A stretch of DNA of 64,000 bases from Podarcis tiliguerta (Eukaryota). The translations under genes and the position numbers were made by a program. Positions 37,996 to 50,603 of the stretch are shown here, in pieces (positions within the stretch are counted from its first letter, which is position 1; each line of letters opens with the position of its first letter). Under the pieces are notes generated by a model, which saw only the letters and a program-made list of their open reading frames with translations, was not told the origin of the DNA and did no database searches. The stretch is taken from assembly GCA_965153285.1 (NCBI GenBank), contig OZ229116.1, one strand, 5' to 3'.

Positions 37996-40689
37996 TAATG
38001 TATACAAGTTTTCCTAAGTACTTGAAGTATTTATGTACAGTGCAGTACACTACAGTGTAAAACACTCCAGTTCAATATGCTTCCCTCATGCATAAAGGTG
38101 CCTTTTGTTAACAGCACCTCACTGGCCACAACATACCAGAAACTACTCTGACATAAAGAAGCCAGTTATGAAACATACTTGAAAATTTATGTAACACACT
38201 TGAACTTTCGTTCTGTTCTTCATTTATAAGACTGCTGGATAAATTTCCTCTATTTCCCTCACTTCCAGCCATTAGTAAGTAGGGATGGGTGAATATGTCA
38301 ATTTTGGTTTCTCTCAGTTTTATCATTTCTCCAATCTCAACTTTGGTTCTCCACATTTCCACATCAGTTTGTGGTTTTTAGTGAAAGGCAGCTATTGAAA
38401 TGAAGAATCTTGAACCAAGATGATGTTGTATCACATTTGTACTTACTTTTACAGTGGCAGCCTTGTTTCTGTTACAGCAAGCTCTGTCCTAAGGCTCAGT
38501 GGGGTCAGTGGAACTTTAAAGCACTTCACTTTACCTGATTTGTGCCCAAAATTACTGCATGAGCTTTCAGAGGAATATGTTATTTGGTTGCACTGACGCA
38601 CAGCTTTTATTTTCGGTACTGTGTGTTTGGGGGAACAGGTCCAGTGTGGAGAGGGGTATTAATTTGTGAGACGTTACACTGAAATGATTACAAATAATAT
38701 GTGTTTATTAAACCTGTTTGAGGAAGCATTAAGGCAAATCGGAGTCTTGCCAGTTTAGATTGCATTCATGAATGCACAAAATGTCAACCAGAAATCCTGG
38801 AGGGGAAACAGGGCAAGTGAATCTGCCTTATCCTAATGTATTGTCTGGCACAGATATGTCACTGAATTGTTGATAAAGAATGTTGCTGTGGATTGCCAGA
38901 CCCAAGGCACGGTTGTGATTTGAGAACAGCAAGCAGCCCTTAGATGTAAAATGTTTAGAACAAACTTGATTTTGATAATCCCTTGTGTTTGGTGTGCTGT
39001 TGAGGTTGACTCTTATAATAGGCTCTGAATAGTCTGGCAGCAGCTGTTTGATTAAAAACTGAGTAGCAGCCTATCAAGATACCTTCGAACTGGCGCTGTC
39101 CCAAGTGTGCAGGATTGCATTTCATCTGTTTACTATCTTGACAGCTGGAGTTGTTTAGCTGGATACTCAATGGTTTGCCTTCCTCCCATGGCTAAAAATT
39201 CCACTCACTGATTACAATGAGAGGAAAAAGTTAATGAAGGCATATGCTAAAGAGATTTAAATTTACAGTGTGTTGGGCTGTTTCTTTGTTTGGAAGATAT
39301 TTCATAATGCATTCTTCTGTTGTTGGGAAAGTGCCGCAAAGTTAGCCATATACTTTTATCATATACACCAGTTATTTTAGCCCCAACTGACTAGTTCTTA
39401 TGTCTCCAGCTATAGCCTCTCATTGTCCTAAAAGGGAGGCATCACAGAGGGAGAATCACTGAGGTCAGCAAAGCAAGAATCCTGTCATTACTTTTTTTTT
39501 TGGAGGGGGGGGGAGAATTTTGGGGTTGATTGTGTGTGTGCTCTGGAGAAAATTATTCCTATTGTGAGCCAGCAGTCCCTTTAGGATAGAACTTTGGTCA
39601 ATAGCTTTAGCAAAGATGCTTTGTTGGACAATTCATCTAATTGGTAGTCTTCACCTAATCCTACTCCTTGCTGCTCCAAAGCAGCTAATTATAATCCCAT
39701 GAGATTGTTCTCACTTACTCTGTTTGAGGTGGGTGGGTGGGGTTTTCCCGTTATTTTCACTGTTTCTTAAAAAACTTTTCACCAGCTTACTTAGGTCTTA
39801 CAGTTTTAGAAGAAATTTGCTTTCTGGTACACTGGAACCACTGCATTTACGAATCGCCGCTTACCTATAAGTCTTGGGGAGTGGCAGTTTGTAGGCAAGG
39901 CACGGCAGTAGTTTGCCCGTTGCCAGTTTACCCTACACAGCTGTTATGGGGATGCTCATGCTTCTACCCATGGCCATATGTTCAGCTGTGTGGTACCTGT
40001 TTCAAACAGGCCAATCTGCTTAGTACAGGGAGGTGTGGCTGTGATGGCAGACCTGGAGTCGGCAGTTCTCAACCAGGTCTGCCTAAAAGTTTTGAATCAA
40101 AGCCACACCTAGCCTCAACCTCTGATTGTCGCTGGATTCCATGCCTTCCTTTCCTGTTTCGGTTGGTCTGGCCTAAGGTGAGTGGGCCAGGGCCGGTTAG
40201 ACCTTGCTATGGAATACTCTGCTGCCTTATTTGGGGCTAGAGAGGAATTTTTCGTACAGACAAATTGGCTGGTCTGTAGGTTTTCACCTAGGTTTTCATA
40301 GCAATTGCCACAACTTTGGGCAGATAAGTCATTGGGTTTGATCCTTAACTAACTAGGTACTTAAGTCAAATCAAAGCAATCTCATTAGTACTGCCATTTA
40401 GAAGAGTGCTATGCCCAATATCTAGTTTAATCCTATTGCAATCAATGGGCCAAATATAACAGAAATCCTAAAATGTGAGTTCAGATAGGTTGTGGGTTTT
40501 TGTGTTAGTTACAGGTATATGCAGGGAATAGTAATCTTCAGTCTCACCCACAGGTGCAGCCGTGGAAAGTTAAGCTTTCTTAGCCTTATCGCTCCCAGTG
40601 ACTGCATGCATGCCTCCCATTCCCAGTCATCAGAAAATTTAGTGTGATAGTCTACACACTGCTGCTTGCACACTTCTTACAGGCATCTG

Positions 40690-41109
40690 ATGTTCTTCTC
40701 GTAGATGCCCCCCATATGTTCCCTTACGCATGGTTCCATGGTTTCCAGAGATGGGCAGGATTATCCCAGGAACTCTGAGGATAAAAGGGCAGAGGTTTTG
40801 TTGCGCAGGTCACATGAAGCTTCTGCATTAGCCATTAGAATCTCAGCTGCAGCTTCTTACATAGTCAGGGCGGCCTACATCTGGGTGACTGAGGTTCCAC
40901 CAGAGTTTGTCGATGTTAAGCAAGGAATAGCAAAGCTAGCCAAGGCCTCTGCCTATGTGTCTGATGCCTCATCAGATGCCTTGCAGTTTGCAGCAAGAGC
41001 CATAGCAGCAGACATGGCAGTGTGCAGGCAGCTCTGGCTTAAACAGTGGCAGGTGGGCACCAAAGCCAAGACCAGCCTGACCAGTGACCCCTTCAAGGGC
41101 CACATCTGA
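40690..41109 (+). mobile_element. DIRS1-like retrotransposon ORF1 (gag-like, LAP2alpha-domain-related) remnant
   Basis: ORF 40705-41109 has EDKRAEVLLRR...AAYIW...DASSDALQFAA...RQLWLKQW...K.SL...PFKG, the pattern of vertebrate DIRS ORF1; the upstream VDAP motif is one frameshift away. Confidence 0.8.
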
Positions 41110-41517
41110 GTTGTACTGAAGAAAGGAAGGGTGTGTGTGTGTTTTACTAAGTTTCACCACAGCTGCATTGATTAACAGAGATATACTGCTTCCTCTTGTT
41201 TTAGGTCATACAAGTAAGTAAGAAGTCCTTCAAGTCTAGAGTTAAAAGAAAGATGCCTTGTCTTGAGAATGAGTCCCATTTGACAGATGTTTCCAAAATA
41301 TTATTACAGGCAAGGAACACACTCTCAGGTTAACAAACCGTACAATTTTGTCCAAGTCCACTTGGAAATAAGCCCCATTAAAGCTGGTTGGGCCTACCTC
41401 CAGTTAGGAGTAGAATTGCTGTCTAGATAGATAAATAGATAATCAGATAACTGACAGAAGAAACTACTGCCAGACTTGTGCATGTATATGTGATATTTCA
41501 CCTTTGTCCCCGTAGAA

Positions 41518-41654
41518 CAGGGTAACTAATGTGTGGTCCATCAAACATTGTTGGACTTCAGTTCCCTTTATCCCTGACCATTGGCTATGCTGGTTGGGAC
41601 TGATGGGATTTGAGAGTCCAGCAACATCCAGAAGGCCACAGGTCAGCCACCCTG
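41518..41654. mobile_element. hAT MITE, 137 bp, palindromic
   Basis: cagggt...accctg termini, internal inverted arms, 8-bp TSD ccgtagaa / ttgtagaa. Confidence 0.88.
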
Positions 41655-42259
41655 TTGTAGAATGTAGACCTAGTCAGGATAATTTTTTACTTCAGTATTG
41701 CTGGTTAACGTACAACATTTTTGAACCAAAGATCATCAGTCAGCTGTTACTTGGCACAGTCATACGACCTACAAATCCCATGTTGCCCTTTCACTTCTGC
41801 TTCAGTTAGAGATGAAAAGCAAAACTCCACAAAGTAAAAATTGCATATTCCACCAAGTTCTGTAAGGAGGCTGATCAAGAGCACGTTTCTAGCCCGAAAC
41901 TACTTGCTCTTTCTGCCCTGCATTTTGTTCTGAGAAGAAATCTGCTTAAATTCCTCCACTCTTTACCTCTTCTGAATAATTAGCATATCTTCTGTTCTAG
42001 AATGTGTTTTCTATAAATACCTGGCTCTTGCACCAAAATGCTAGCTTTAACTCCTGAAAATCAAGTTTAGCTGTCTCCTGAGACTGTTTGCAAACATGTG
42101 CACAAAGCATCTAAGAAATATGGCAGGAGTGTGAAACCTCAGATCTAGGGACAGGACATGGCCGTCCAGGTCATTCTGTCGAGCCTCTAGGCCAGGCTTC
42201 ACCCCAGACCTACTTTCTGCCCTCGTTTGGTGGCTAAAATGTTTCCTTAAACTGCAGTA

Positions 42260-42498
42260 CAGGGGTACCTCTAGTTGCGTTGCGCTCTTGTTACGGAGTT
42301 TCAGCTTACGAACACGGCAAACCCGGAAGTGTTTACTTCCAGGTTTGCCACACGCGCATGCACGGAAGTGATCTGTGCACTTCGTGCATGTGCCGAAGCG
42401 CTCGATCGCACCATGCACATGCGCGGAAGAGGCGCTCTAGCTGCTGGGTGCAAATGCCACCCCAAAACAGATTAAGTCTGCAACTAGAGGTACCACTG
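42260..42498. mobile_element. Tigger/pogo-like MITE, CpG-rich (young)
   Basis: 19-bp TIRs caggggtacctctagttgc / gcaactagaggtaccactg (one mismatch); TA TSD. Confidence 0.92.
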
Positions 42499-42674
42499 TA
42501 ATGCTGTTTGCTTGGCTGGCTGGCTGGAGAGATGTATGTGTGTGGTTGGTGTAGAAACTTTGGATTTGCATGGCTGGACTGTAGTGTACTGTACAAAAGT
42601 AACAATCCCATCCACTGCTGTGTCCACTTTTCACCACTGGCACGCAGCCGCCAGATTGTTGTCCATGAGGGAAT

Positions 42675-43240
42675 GTTACTACAATGTATTGTATATGGGA
42701 CTGCCTTTGAAGATGGTTTGGAAACTTCAGCTGGTGCAGAATTCAGTGGTGCAGAATTCACTGCAGTAAGATAGTCTTGAGCACATAACATCAATCCTGG
42801 CCCGACTGACTCAGTTCAAAGTATGGTTTTGACCTATAAATCCTTATTTGGCTTAGGATCCCAATACCTCAAGGACCACTTCACCCCACAAGAACCATCC
42901 CAGACCCTGCAATTGTCGCTAGAGACCCTTCTCTGTGTGCCCCCTTCATGAGGGATAATGGAGGATTGCAACATGAGAATGGCCCTTTTCACAGTTCCTT
43001 CTCCAGGGAGGCTTGCCTGGCGCCAACTTTATCTAGTTTTAGGTGCCAGGCAAAAGCTTTTCCTTTTACCCGGGCTTTTAACCCTTAATTTGAAGAGTTT
43101 TGTGGCCTTTGTTGGTGGGACAGGATCTGCTAGATTTTTCTTTTCTTTTTATTGATTGTGTTTATTGTAATTGGTTTTTCTATTCTGTTTGTAAGTTACT
43201 TTGACTTACACTTTGAGTCATTTCTATGAGTAAAGCAGCT
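42675..43240 (+). mobile_element. L2 LINE 3' fragment, same family as 10218-11025
   Basis: [19 protein letters not shown] peptide and matching downstream sequence. Confidence 0.88.
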
Positions 43241-44162
43241 AATCAATCATAATCATAAAAATCTATAATCAAATTTATTACTGGTGGTTGTTTGTAATGA
43301 CTAGTGGAAATTAATACTTCTGGATATACTCCCCAGTTCATTGCATTTCAGTATGTTCAGTTATTTAAAAGACTTCAGATTTTAAAAATCTGGGTCTAAC
43401 ACTGTGTAAACACTTTGAGGAAGAGAACTTATAAAAGGATCTTAAAGTCTTTTCTAGTTCAGCATGTTCAGTGGTTGGCAGTGAACAGCTTGTGTGCACA
43501 TGACCACATTACTGTATTTTTAGAAGTGCTTGATAAATTAATACTATTCTATTTATATACATGATTTTATATTGCCTTCCCCAAAGCTGTGTTCAGATAA
43601 AACCACAAATAAACCAGCAATCCTGTGCACACTTGGGGAATCAGGGAACAGTATTAATGCACTCTGTGTCTACGTTGCATGTTCCTGACTGAAATTATGT
43701 TGGGTCCTATTTTCAGATCCACACAAAATGGTCTCTAGGGTGTGTTTTTTTAAAAAATTAATCTAGCAAGATGATCTGGGGATTGCTGTTTATTCCTCTT
43801 GCTTTCGTTAACCATTAGGACACTGTATGGAAAACAGGATGGCTGTGCTCCCCTGGTACATGTGGGAACCATTTTTTTTACTGGACCTGTCCCCTGGCAG
43901 GGACAGCACATTATGACATCCCAACCCTACCAGGAACATTTTCAGGCACGTACATTTTAAATGTGCACAACAGGCATCACACTTCATACCCACTCTGAAG
44001 AAACGGTAAAGGGGGCAGATTCTTTTTTTAAAAGTCAGACCACTTGTTCCTATTTGATGGGAGTATGGATTCTAGGGTTTACCATGTTCTGACCTGCTTG
44101 CTACTTTGGGAGCTGTGAATTGTGTGATTTTGCTTTGGAATGCAAGTCAGTATACAGTGAGG

Positions 44163-44341
44163 ACATAAGATTATAAGAAAAGTCTGTTGGATCAGGCAGA
44201 TCACCCATCTAGTTCAGCATCCTACCCTAACATTGGCCAACCAGCTGCCTGTGGGCAGCCCAGAAGTAAGACCTGAGCACAAGAGTATTCTCCCCTCCTT
44301 TGGTTTCCAGCAACTGGTGTTCAGAAGCATACTCCCTCCAA
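44163..44341 (-). mobile_element. CR1 LINE 3' end, followed by a (CAAG)n microsatellite (44339-44365)
   Basis: acataag repeats; ggatcaggc...ccatctagttcagcatcct. Confidence 0.85.
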
Positions 44342-46309
44342 GCAAGCAAGCAAGCAAGCAAGCAAACAAACATAGAATTTCATTGAGACTCAAAACAAAA
44401 AAGCTCTGTTTAAACACACCCACCCATCAGTAATCCAGTATTATGATGATAAGTTGGAGTTCAGCCTACCATTTTGGCAAAAGTGTTTGTTATGTCAGTC
44501 GATATGAAGAGCCAATTGGGAAAATTCAAGTGATTGTTTTATGTTGCACTTTTGTTTTGCCCATGCCAAGTACTTCTGCAGTTGCAGAATAGATTTTTAA
44601 AATAAAAAACTGCTTACCCTCACACTCAAATTAGAAATATATTTTGAAAAAAAGTGTCAGAAAAACAAATACTGTATACCAAAATACTGAGTGGGTTTCA
44701 TTTTATTATGGATTTATTTCAGCAAAAAATGTTTTTTTAAATAATAATAAAAAATAATCATTATAAGCTGTTTTAAATCTTCAGCCTGATACTGGTATTT
44801 AATACTGAACTTTTCATTTAAAGCATTGAACCAAGTTTTTACTAGGGTTGACATTTTTTCTTTTTCATATGGACGGTATCATTATATTAAATCCAAAAGC
44901 TCAGTAGTTAAAGCTTTTTCTAGGATGTGGATTGGAGAATTCTGCATCTGTTGGATTTCTGCATGCAATGCAGCTGTTGACACTTCCATTTAAAAAAATA
45001 ATAGTGATCTTGTATTTACAGTCTAACATTACATGGACAGGTGATAGAACTGCATTATAATGCTTTTCGTTTCACAATTACATAGTCTCTGTGTGCTCTG
45101 CTTCTGAGTTGCCTTTCATCCTGCCCTTTGTCTCTTTTTGTATGGAAATGGATGCCTCATAAAGAATGCTATCAAATTCAGTAACTGGTAAAAGGATACC
45201 ATTTCAAAGGTGGAGGGGGATTTGACACATTCCAAGGGACGAGTCACTGAGCCCTCCTGTTTCAACATGGCTGCTTTGCTGAAATATTAAAGCTGGTGGC
45301 ATGCTGCTAAATCCCTTTGTACACTCCCTCTTAAGAATTCCACAATGTGGATAACCTCCAACCCTTTGACTATATGCAAAGTAGAAAGCTTGAATCAGAG
45401 CATTGTGCTGTAAAAAGTTAGGATGAAGAAGGACTAAAAGAACTCACCCTATTGGTTGTTTTAGACACTCAATATTCAAAGCATGTGGAAAAGAAAAGAA
45501 CTCGTTATGACTCAGGTTCCATTAATTAGATGTAAATTAACATATTTAGTCTCTTAACACAAAAGAAGGTAACTGGAATTCGGCAAGCCCAGAGGACATG
45601 GAAATTCTAATTAGATGAGAACATAGCCAGGAACAGAACTGTAAGGCACTGGTGAACTTGAGCAATCATAAACAGTGTGTATTTGTTTGGAGTTTTAAGT
45701 ATTGTACATAGCTTTTTTCTCTTGAGAAGGGGCAAGAGGGCAGGTCAGTATCCTCTGGGATAGCACCTCCCACCAGATTGGGAGGCACAACCATCTTGCT
45801 TCCTGGCTCCTCTGGGGAGGGGTCCAATTCTTTCCCAGACTTGTTCTGACAGCAGCCAAGTATCAGGAGTTTAGCAGTATTTTAAAATTAAGGAAGTTTT
45901 CTTCTGCCTTGTAACGTGAACGAAGAAAGACTTCTTTGACCTCCCTCCTCTCTCAAAATGCACATCCAAGCCAGATATGGGCCCCTCACAGCACTCTGGG
46001 GGGGGGGGGAATTATCAGGAGGGCCTGATTAATTTAATGGGTGTGAAGGAATGTCCTCTTCTGAGGAGCAGTGATGGCATTAGAGTCCCAGATGACCTCA
46101 CAGTCCCAGGATGGCATTAGAGTTCACCCCACTTCCTCACTCTTCTCAAGAAAGGAAGGGGGAATTGAAGAGGGGAAGAGGAATTAGTTTAGCTCAAAAC
46201 AGGGGACTTCCAGGCCAAAGTGGCTCCCCTAAGGAAACTTTCCTTCCTCCCCTATAAACGGGGATCAGGCAGAGCTTGTGTTGCTTGTTGGTTCTCCTTT
46301 GGGCAAATG

Positions 46310-46515
46310 TTTTCCTGAACTGTGGGTAATATCCGAGGTCAGTTTCAATTTTGTGGTTTTTAATAGCCTCTAAGAGTTCTGGAGAGAGTTGACCCTCTTG
46401 ACTTTATCTTTCAGCTTCCTTTTTAACAGTTTCCTTATTTCTGAGAAGTTTCCTCTTTTGAAGTCAAATGTGACTCTGTTGGGCTTTCTTGGCAATTGTC
46501 TACTTACATGCGTGG
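46310..46515 (-). mobile_element. CR1 ORF2 internal fragment (region between endonuclease and RT)
   Basis: Minus-strand translation KPNRVTFDFKRGNFSEIRKLLKRKLKDKVKRVNSLQN resembles the CR1 DFRK.DF..LR motif. Confidence 0.65.
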
Positions 46516-47767
46516 TGTGTTGCCCTTTTCTTAGCTCAAATGAAAATTAGCCCATTGACAGGGAAGCTGCTGTTGTTGCTGCTGCTGCTGACATTTTATC
46601 TCCCTCTTCAGTCAGTAAAGGTCCCCAGAGCTCCTTACGGATCACTTCTTTAAACAGATGTTTCTTCCTTTTAGGCTTACAACGTAAAAAGACATGGCAC
46701 AAAAGGAAAATGGAGTGGGGAGGAAGAAGAATTGAGCAAACTTAGGTGCAAGTTCATCATTTTAAATTAAGCTAATGGGTAGAAGAGCTGAAGGAGTGGA
46801 AACACCAAAATCATTTGGTCTGTCTGCCACACTGCTCAGCATGCCTTCTCTTCTTACTTCTTTCCTGCTTCTGAATGGGCATGCTTACAATTGAGGTGCT
46901 GGTTGCTAATTGTGACTGAATGACTGGTCAGATGGGGTAGACAGATTACATTAAAGCAGCTGCTGAGCATGATGTTTTATTGTACTTTAGTAGAAGCAGA
47001 GGCAGGGCTGCTTTAGACAAAAACATGCAGCATGCATGCAATAAATAGCCAACAGCTCCAAGCTCAGGCGTTGCTCACCACTTTGGCACCCTCTTGCCCT
47101 GAGTTCCTTCTTGAGGACAGTGGCTGCTTACTACTCTCTGCCCCAGCTCACTAGCCACCACTGAATCAGGGGCTGACTTTCCAGAAAGAGAAGAACATAA
47201 TATTTAGAAAATGGGCCATTCATTTAATTCTGAACAACTTACCAGCCTTTATTCCAGTCAATGATCTGCTTAAGCAGATCTACTGCTGTAAAGCAGAAGA
47301 ACCAGCAATCCTGCTGCTCAGGAAAGCCTGTTGATGCCAGAACAAGCAGTACTCAGGTCTTCAAGTGCCATACAGAAATATATATCTTGATTGCAATTCT
47401 TAATGAATAGTTTGAAAAACAAAGATTTACACAGATAGAGATGAGCTTTTCAGCTTGCTTGCACTTCACCTGGAGTCTTAATTTTGTTGTTGCTTTTACA
47501 TGTTGATGCTATCAATTTTAAGTAGAGGCCAACACCATCGTTTAAATAATTGTTTAGCAACGCTGGGAAGCAGACGTCCGAAGAACAGCAAAAATGTATT
47601 TCAATATTATTTGATAATTTGGGTTTCTCAAATGACTGTGAAAGAAATGAGAAAATTTCTTTTCACATTCTTTCACATTTCCTCTGGCCCACCCACTCTG
47701 TTTTCCAATATTTTTCCAGACCGCTTTGTTGTTGTTACTAGCAACCTCAACTGCAGAGGAATAAGAG

Positions 47768-48098
47768 AGAGGGCATAGCTCATTGATAGAGCGGAAACTT
47801 TCCATGTGAAAGGGTCAAATTTCAGTCCATGGTGTCATCATTTAAAAGGATTGTGTAGCACAGGAATAGAGAAGCATGGCCCTTCAGAAGTCGCTGGACA
47901 ACTGGGCAGCCTGGGTGGGACTGATGGGAGTTGTAGTCTAGCAACACCTGGAGGGCCACAGCTTCTTCATCCCTGAGGTAGGAGAGGATAGGAAGGATCT
48001 GTATCTGAGACCATGGAGAGCCGCTGCCAGTCAGCATAGAAAAATGGAATTGATGGACAAGTAATCTGACCTGGTATTAGGAAGCGTCCTGTGTTCCT
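47768..48098 (+). mobile_element. tRNA-derived SINE interrupted by a hAT MITE (47861-47975)
   Basis: SINE head (tagctca...tagagc) and body/tail (gagagccgctgccagtcag...cctgtgttcct) are split by cagga...catccctg. Confidence 0.8.
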
Positions 48099-48725
48099 CT
48101 GAAATATCATCTCCCAATCATGAAGTTAGAACCTGGCTAAGCCTCCTTAAGACAAACTTTTCATAGCTCTATCATTCAGGCCCGTATCACCTCAGGTGCG
48201 ACCATTTTTGATTCCTGAAAGCAAAAGAGTGGAGAATTGAAAGAGAAGAACAATGGATTTTGTTTTATCTGCCAGTGCCAAACTTGCCCCCTTCTCTCCA
48301 TGCATCCCCTTTCTACTCCAGATTCCATCAAAAAGAATTGGGAACCTTAAACCTTAAACCACCTCCTTAATTGAGGTTTGTATAATAGAATTCACACCTT
48401 AAAAGCTGCTCAGTGGCCTCAGTAGCACTGCTGAGTGCCACAAGGCTGATTGAAGCGGAGAGCTCCTTTTTGAATCAAACTGTTAGCTCTTCTCCTGCAG
48501 ATACGCTTCAAAGGAAAATAGATGCTTTGCTGGCCAGTTGCAATGTATGACAGCATGCAAGGCGGCTAAGCAGAAGTTTACATGTAAAGACTGATAAAAA
48601 AAAGTAGAAGAATATTGTGAAGCCCTCATTTCAGCATACAAATACAGAACGGAGGGGGCATAATTTGCTTGAAGCGGTAACTTCTAGACAAATTTCATGT
48701 GCTGTTCAGGCCAAGGAGTGATTCA

Positions 48726-48912
48726 GGTCACATCAGTACTGTACATTTAAGGGGCATGGCTTCACCCAAAGAATCCTGGGAACTGTGGTTTGCTAAGAGT
48801 GGTAGGAATTGTAGTTCTGTGGGAGGTAAATTACAGTTAGCTGGGGTCATTGGGCCGGGGGGGGGGGGAGCTGTGTGCTGTAAATGTGGCTTAAATATAT
48901 GGTGTAATACCC
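48726..48912. mobile_element. Palindromic MITE (ggtcacatc...gaatcctgggaactgt family)
   Basis: Inverted arms tacatttaa / ttaaatata and aactgt / acagtt. Confidence 0.65.
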
Positions 48913-50286
48913 AAGATGATTCAATCCCTATTCAGGCATTAATCATGACAACTGAAAATGTGAGGGGGGTGAGTGGACACAAGCCATTTGGTCCATGGTC
49001 TCCAACCCCCTCACCATCCTAGTCACTATCCACAAGTTGGAGAGTGACTGAATCTGGGAGACTTCCTCAACTCATGCAAGGATCCCTATGAAACGAAGGT
49101 TCTAAAATGTCTGGAGATTCTTAACAAGTCTAGGAGGCTTCCCCACTGCAGACAGTCACCAGATATGGAGCTAGTGTTCTCGCGCCCACCCTCCCCATCC
49201 CGTATGGATACATGAATTAGGGCCAAAGTCTACAAGCCGTGACCTTGCTATTTCGTTTTCAATTAAGTATTTGAAAGCCCTTCAAAACTAGGCATCATTC
49301 TGACATTGTAATATTGACATTTCACACATGTACTTTATTTCACTGTTTCCCATGTGAAAATGAGAAGAAAGGCTAGAGGTGATCTTAAAAGGATGTGAGG
49401 GCTTATATGGGGAGCTGTTCCTTAAGGTATTCCTACAAAGGCCTATGAAGGACATCATTAGACCATTGGCCAGCACTGGTGCAACTGGCTGATAATTAAT
49501 GTATGTGCTTCCATCTATCTCCCTGCCCTCATCAAGAGATAGCACAGGGTGCAGCAGGCTTTCAGAAGTTTCTGAACCATTTTCAACCATATTCTTATGT
49601 AGTCTTCATTGTGATAATTGGTCCTCCAGGTTACAAAAGTATGAATGACACTTACCAGAGTTCCATGTTTCAGGAAATGCAGCAGTCTGCAAATAAAATG
49701 GAGTTGACAGAAAGCATTATGGCAAACCTTCAAGAGGGAAAAAAGAGAGAGGATTTTCTAACAATTCTGCTTTCAAAATATATTTCTCAGTAGAAAAGGT
49801 ATATGTGATCACTAAATTAAATACATTAAGATGTGATCGGTTTCCTGTAGCAGTTGTCAGCTTCATACTCTTCTACCAGTGTGCTTACAGACTTTATGCT
49901 AAGTAGGAATAGATATAAAGCTGCTCTAATCTTACCACTAGTTCACTCCTATTATCAGAGTGACAACTTTTGACTTTCATTTCAACTTATTTTCTTAGAT
50001 TTGGGATAAATCTACCCCAGTTATGAGTAATCATTGGAGAAGATTAAAAACTCCCTAGCAGGATATGAGTAGTTGTTGAATGATTTGAGTCAATTTACTG
50101 TGATACGGTCTGGAATCCAAAGAGCCAGTTTAGGAATGTTCATTGATTATTTTTCCCTTTAGCAGCAGACTTTGATGCACATTTAACAGAAACCCCCTAA
50201 ATGCCCTTAATAAGTTGGGATCTAATTTAACATTTTGAAAGTATTCATATTTTATATTTTAGTTTGCTCTCTGTTTACCAAGGCAG

Positions 50287-50291
<5 letters not shown>

Positions 50292-50346
<55 letters not shown>
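50292..50346. repeat. Compound microsatellite (TG)n(AG)n
   Basis: Direct reading. Confidence 0.97.
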
Positions 50347-50350
<4 letters not shown>

Positions 50351-50603
50351 ATAAGCTTCATAGAGTAGTCCCCTCAAAAAAGTAAATTACAGCTTTCAGA
50401 CCCCTAATTTTTTCCACCCTACATCACTGACAGATGTTCCAGGACATATCACAAACTGCTTTAGAAGGCTCTTTCCGTTTCCAAAGTTGTTTACATTGTG
50501 GAAATGAGAGCTACTGTTTGAGAAGTACAGAACCAAGGCAATTCTTGGTGCAAATAACTAATTGTGCAAATGTTTTGATCCTGCCCATTTTAAAAACAAG
50601 CTG

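Noticed and set aside
39737-40240. 167-aa Cys-rich ORF
   Set aside because: Non-ATG start, no domain or splice support, and it overlaps degenerate repeat-like sequence.
46660-46690. Second apparent 9-nt microexon (ttttag|gcttacaac|gtaaaa)
   Set aside because: Weak donor, and it lies within a recurrent LINE-tail-like repeat (a similar caggcttacaa occurs near 22628).
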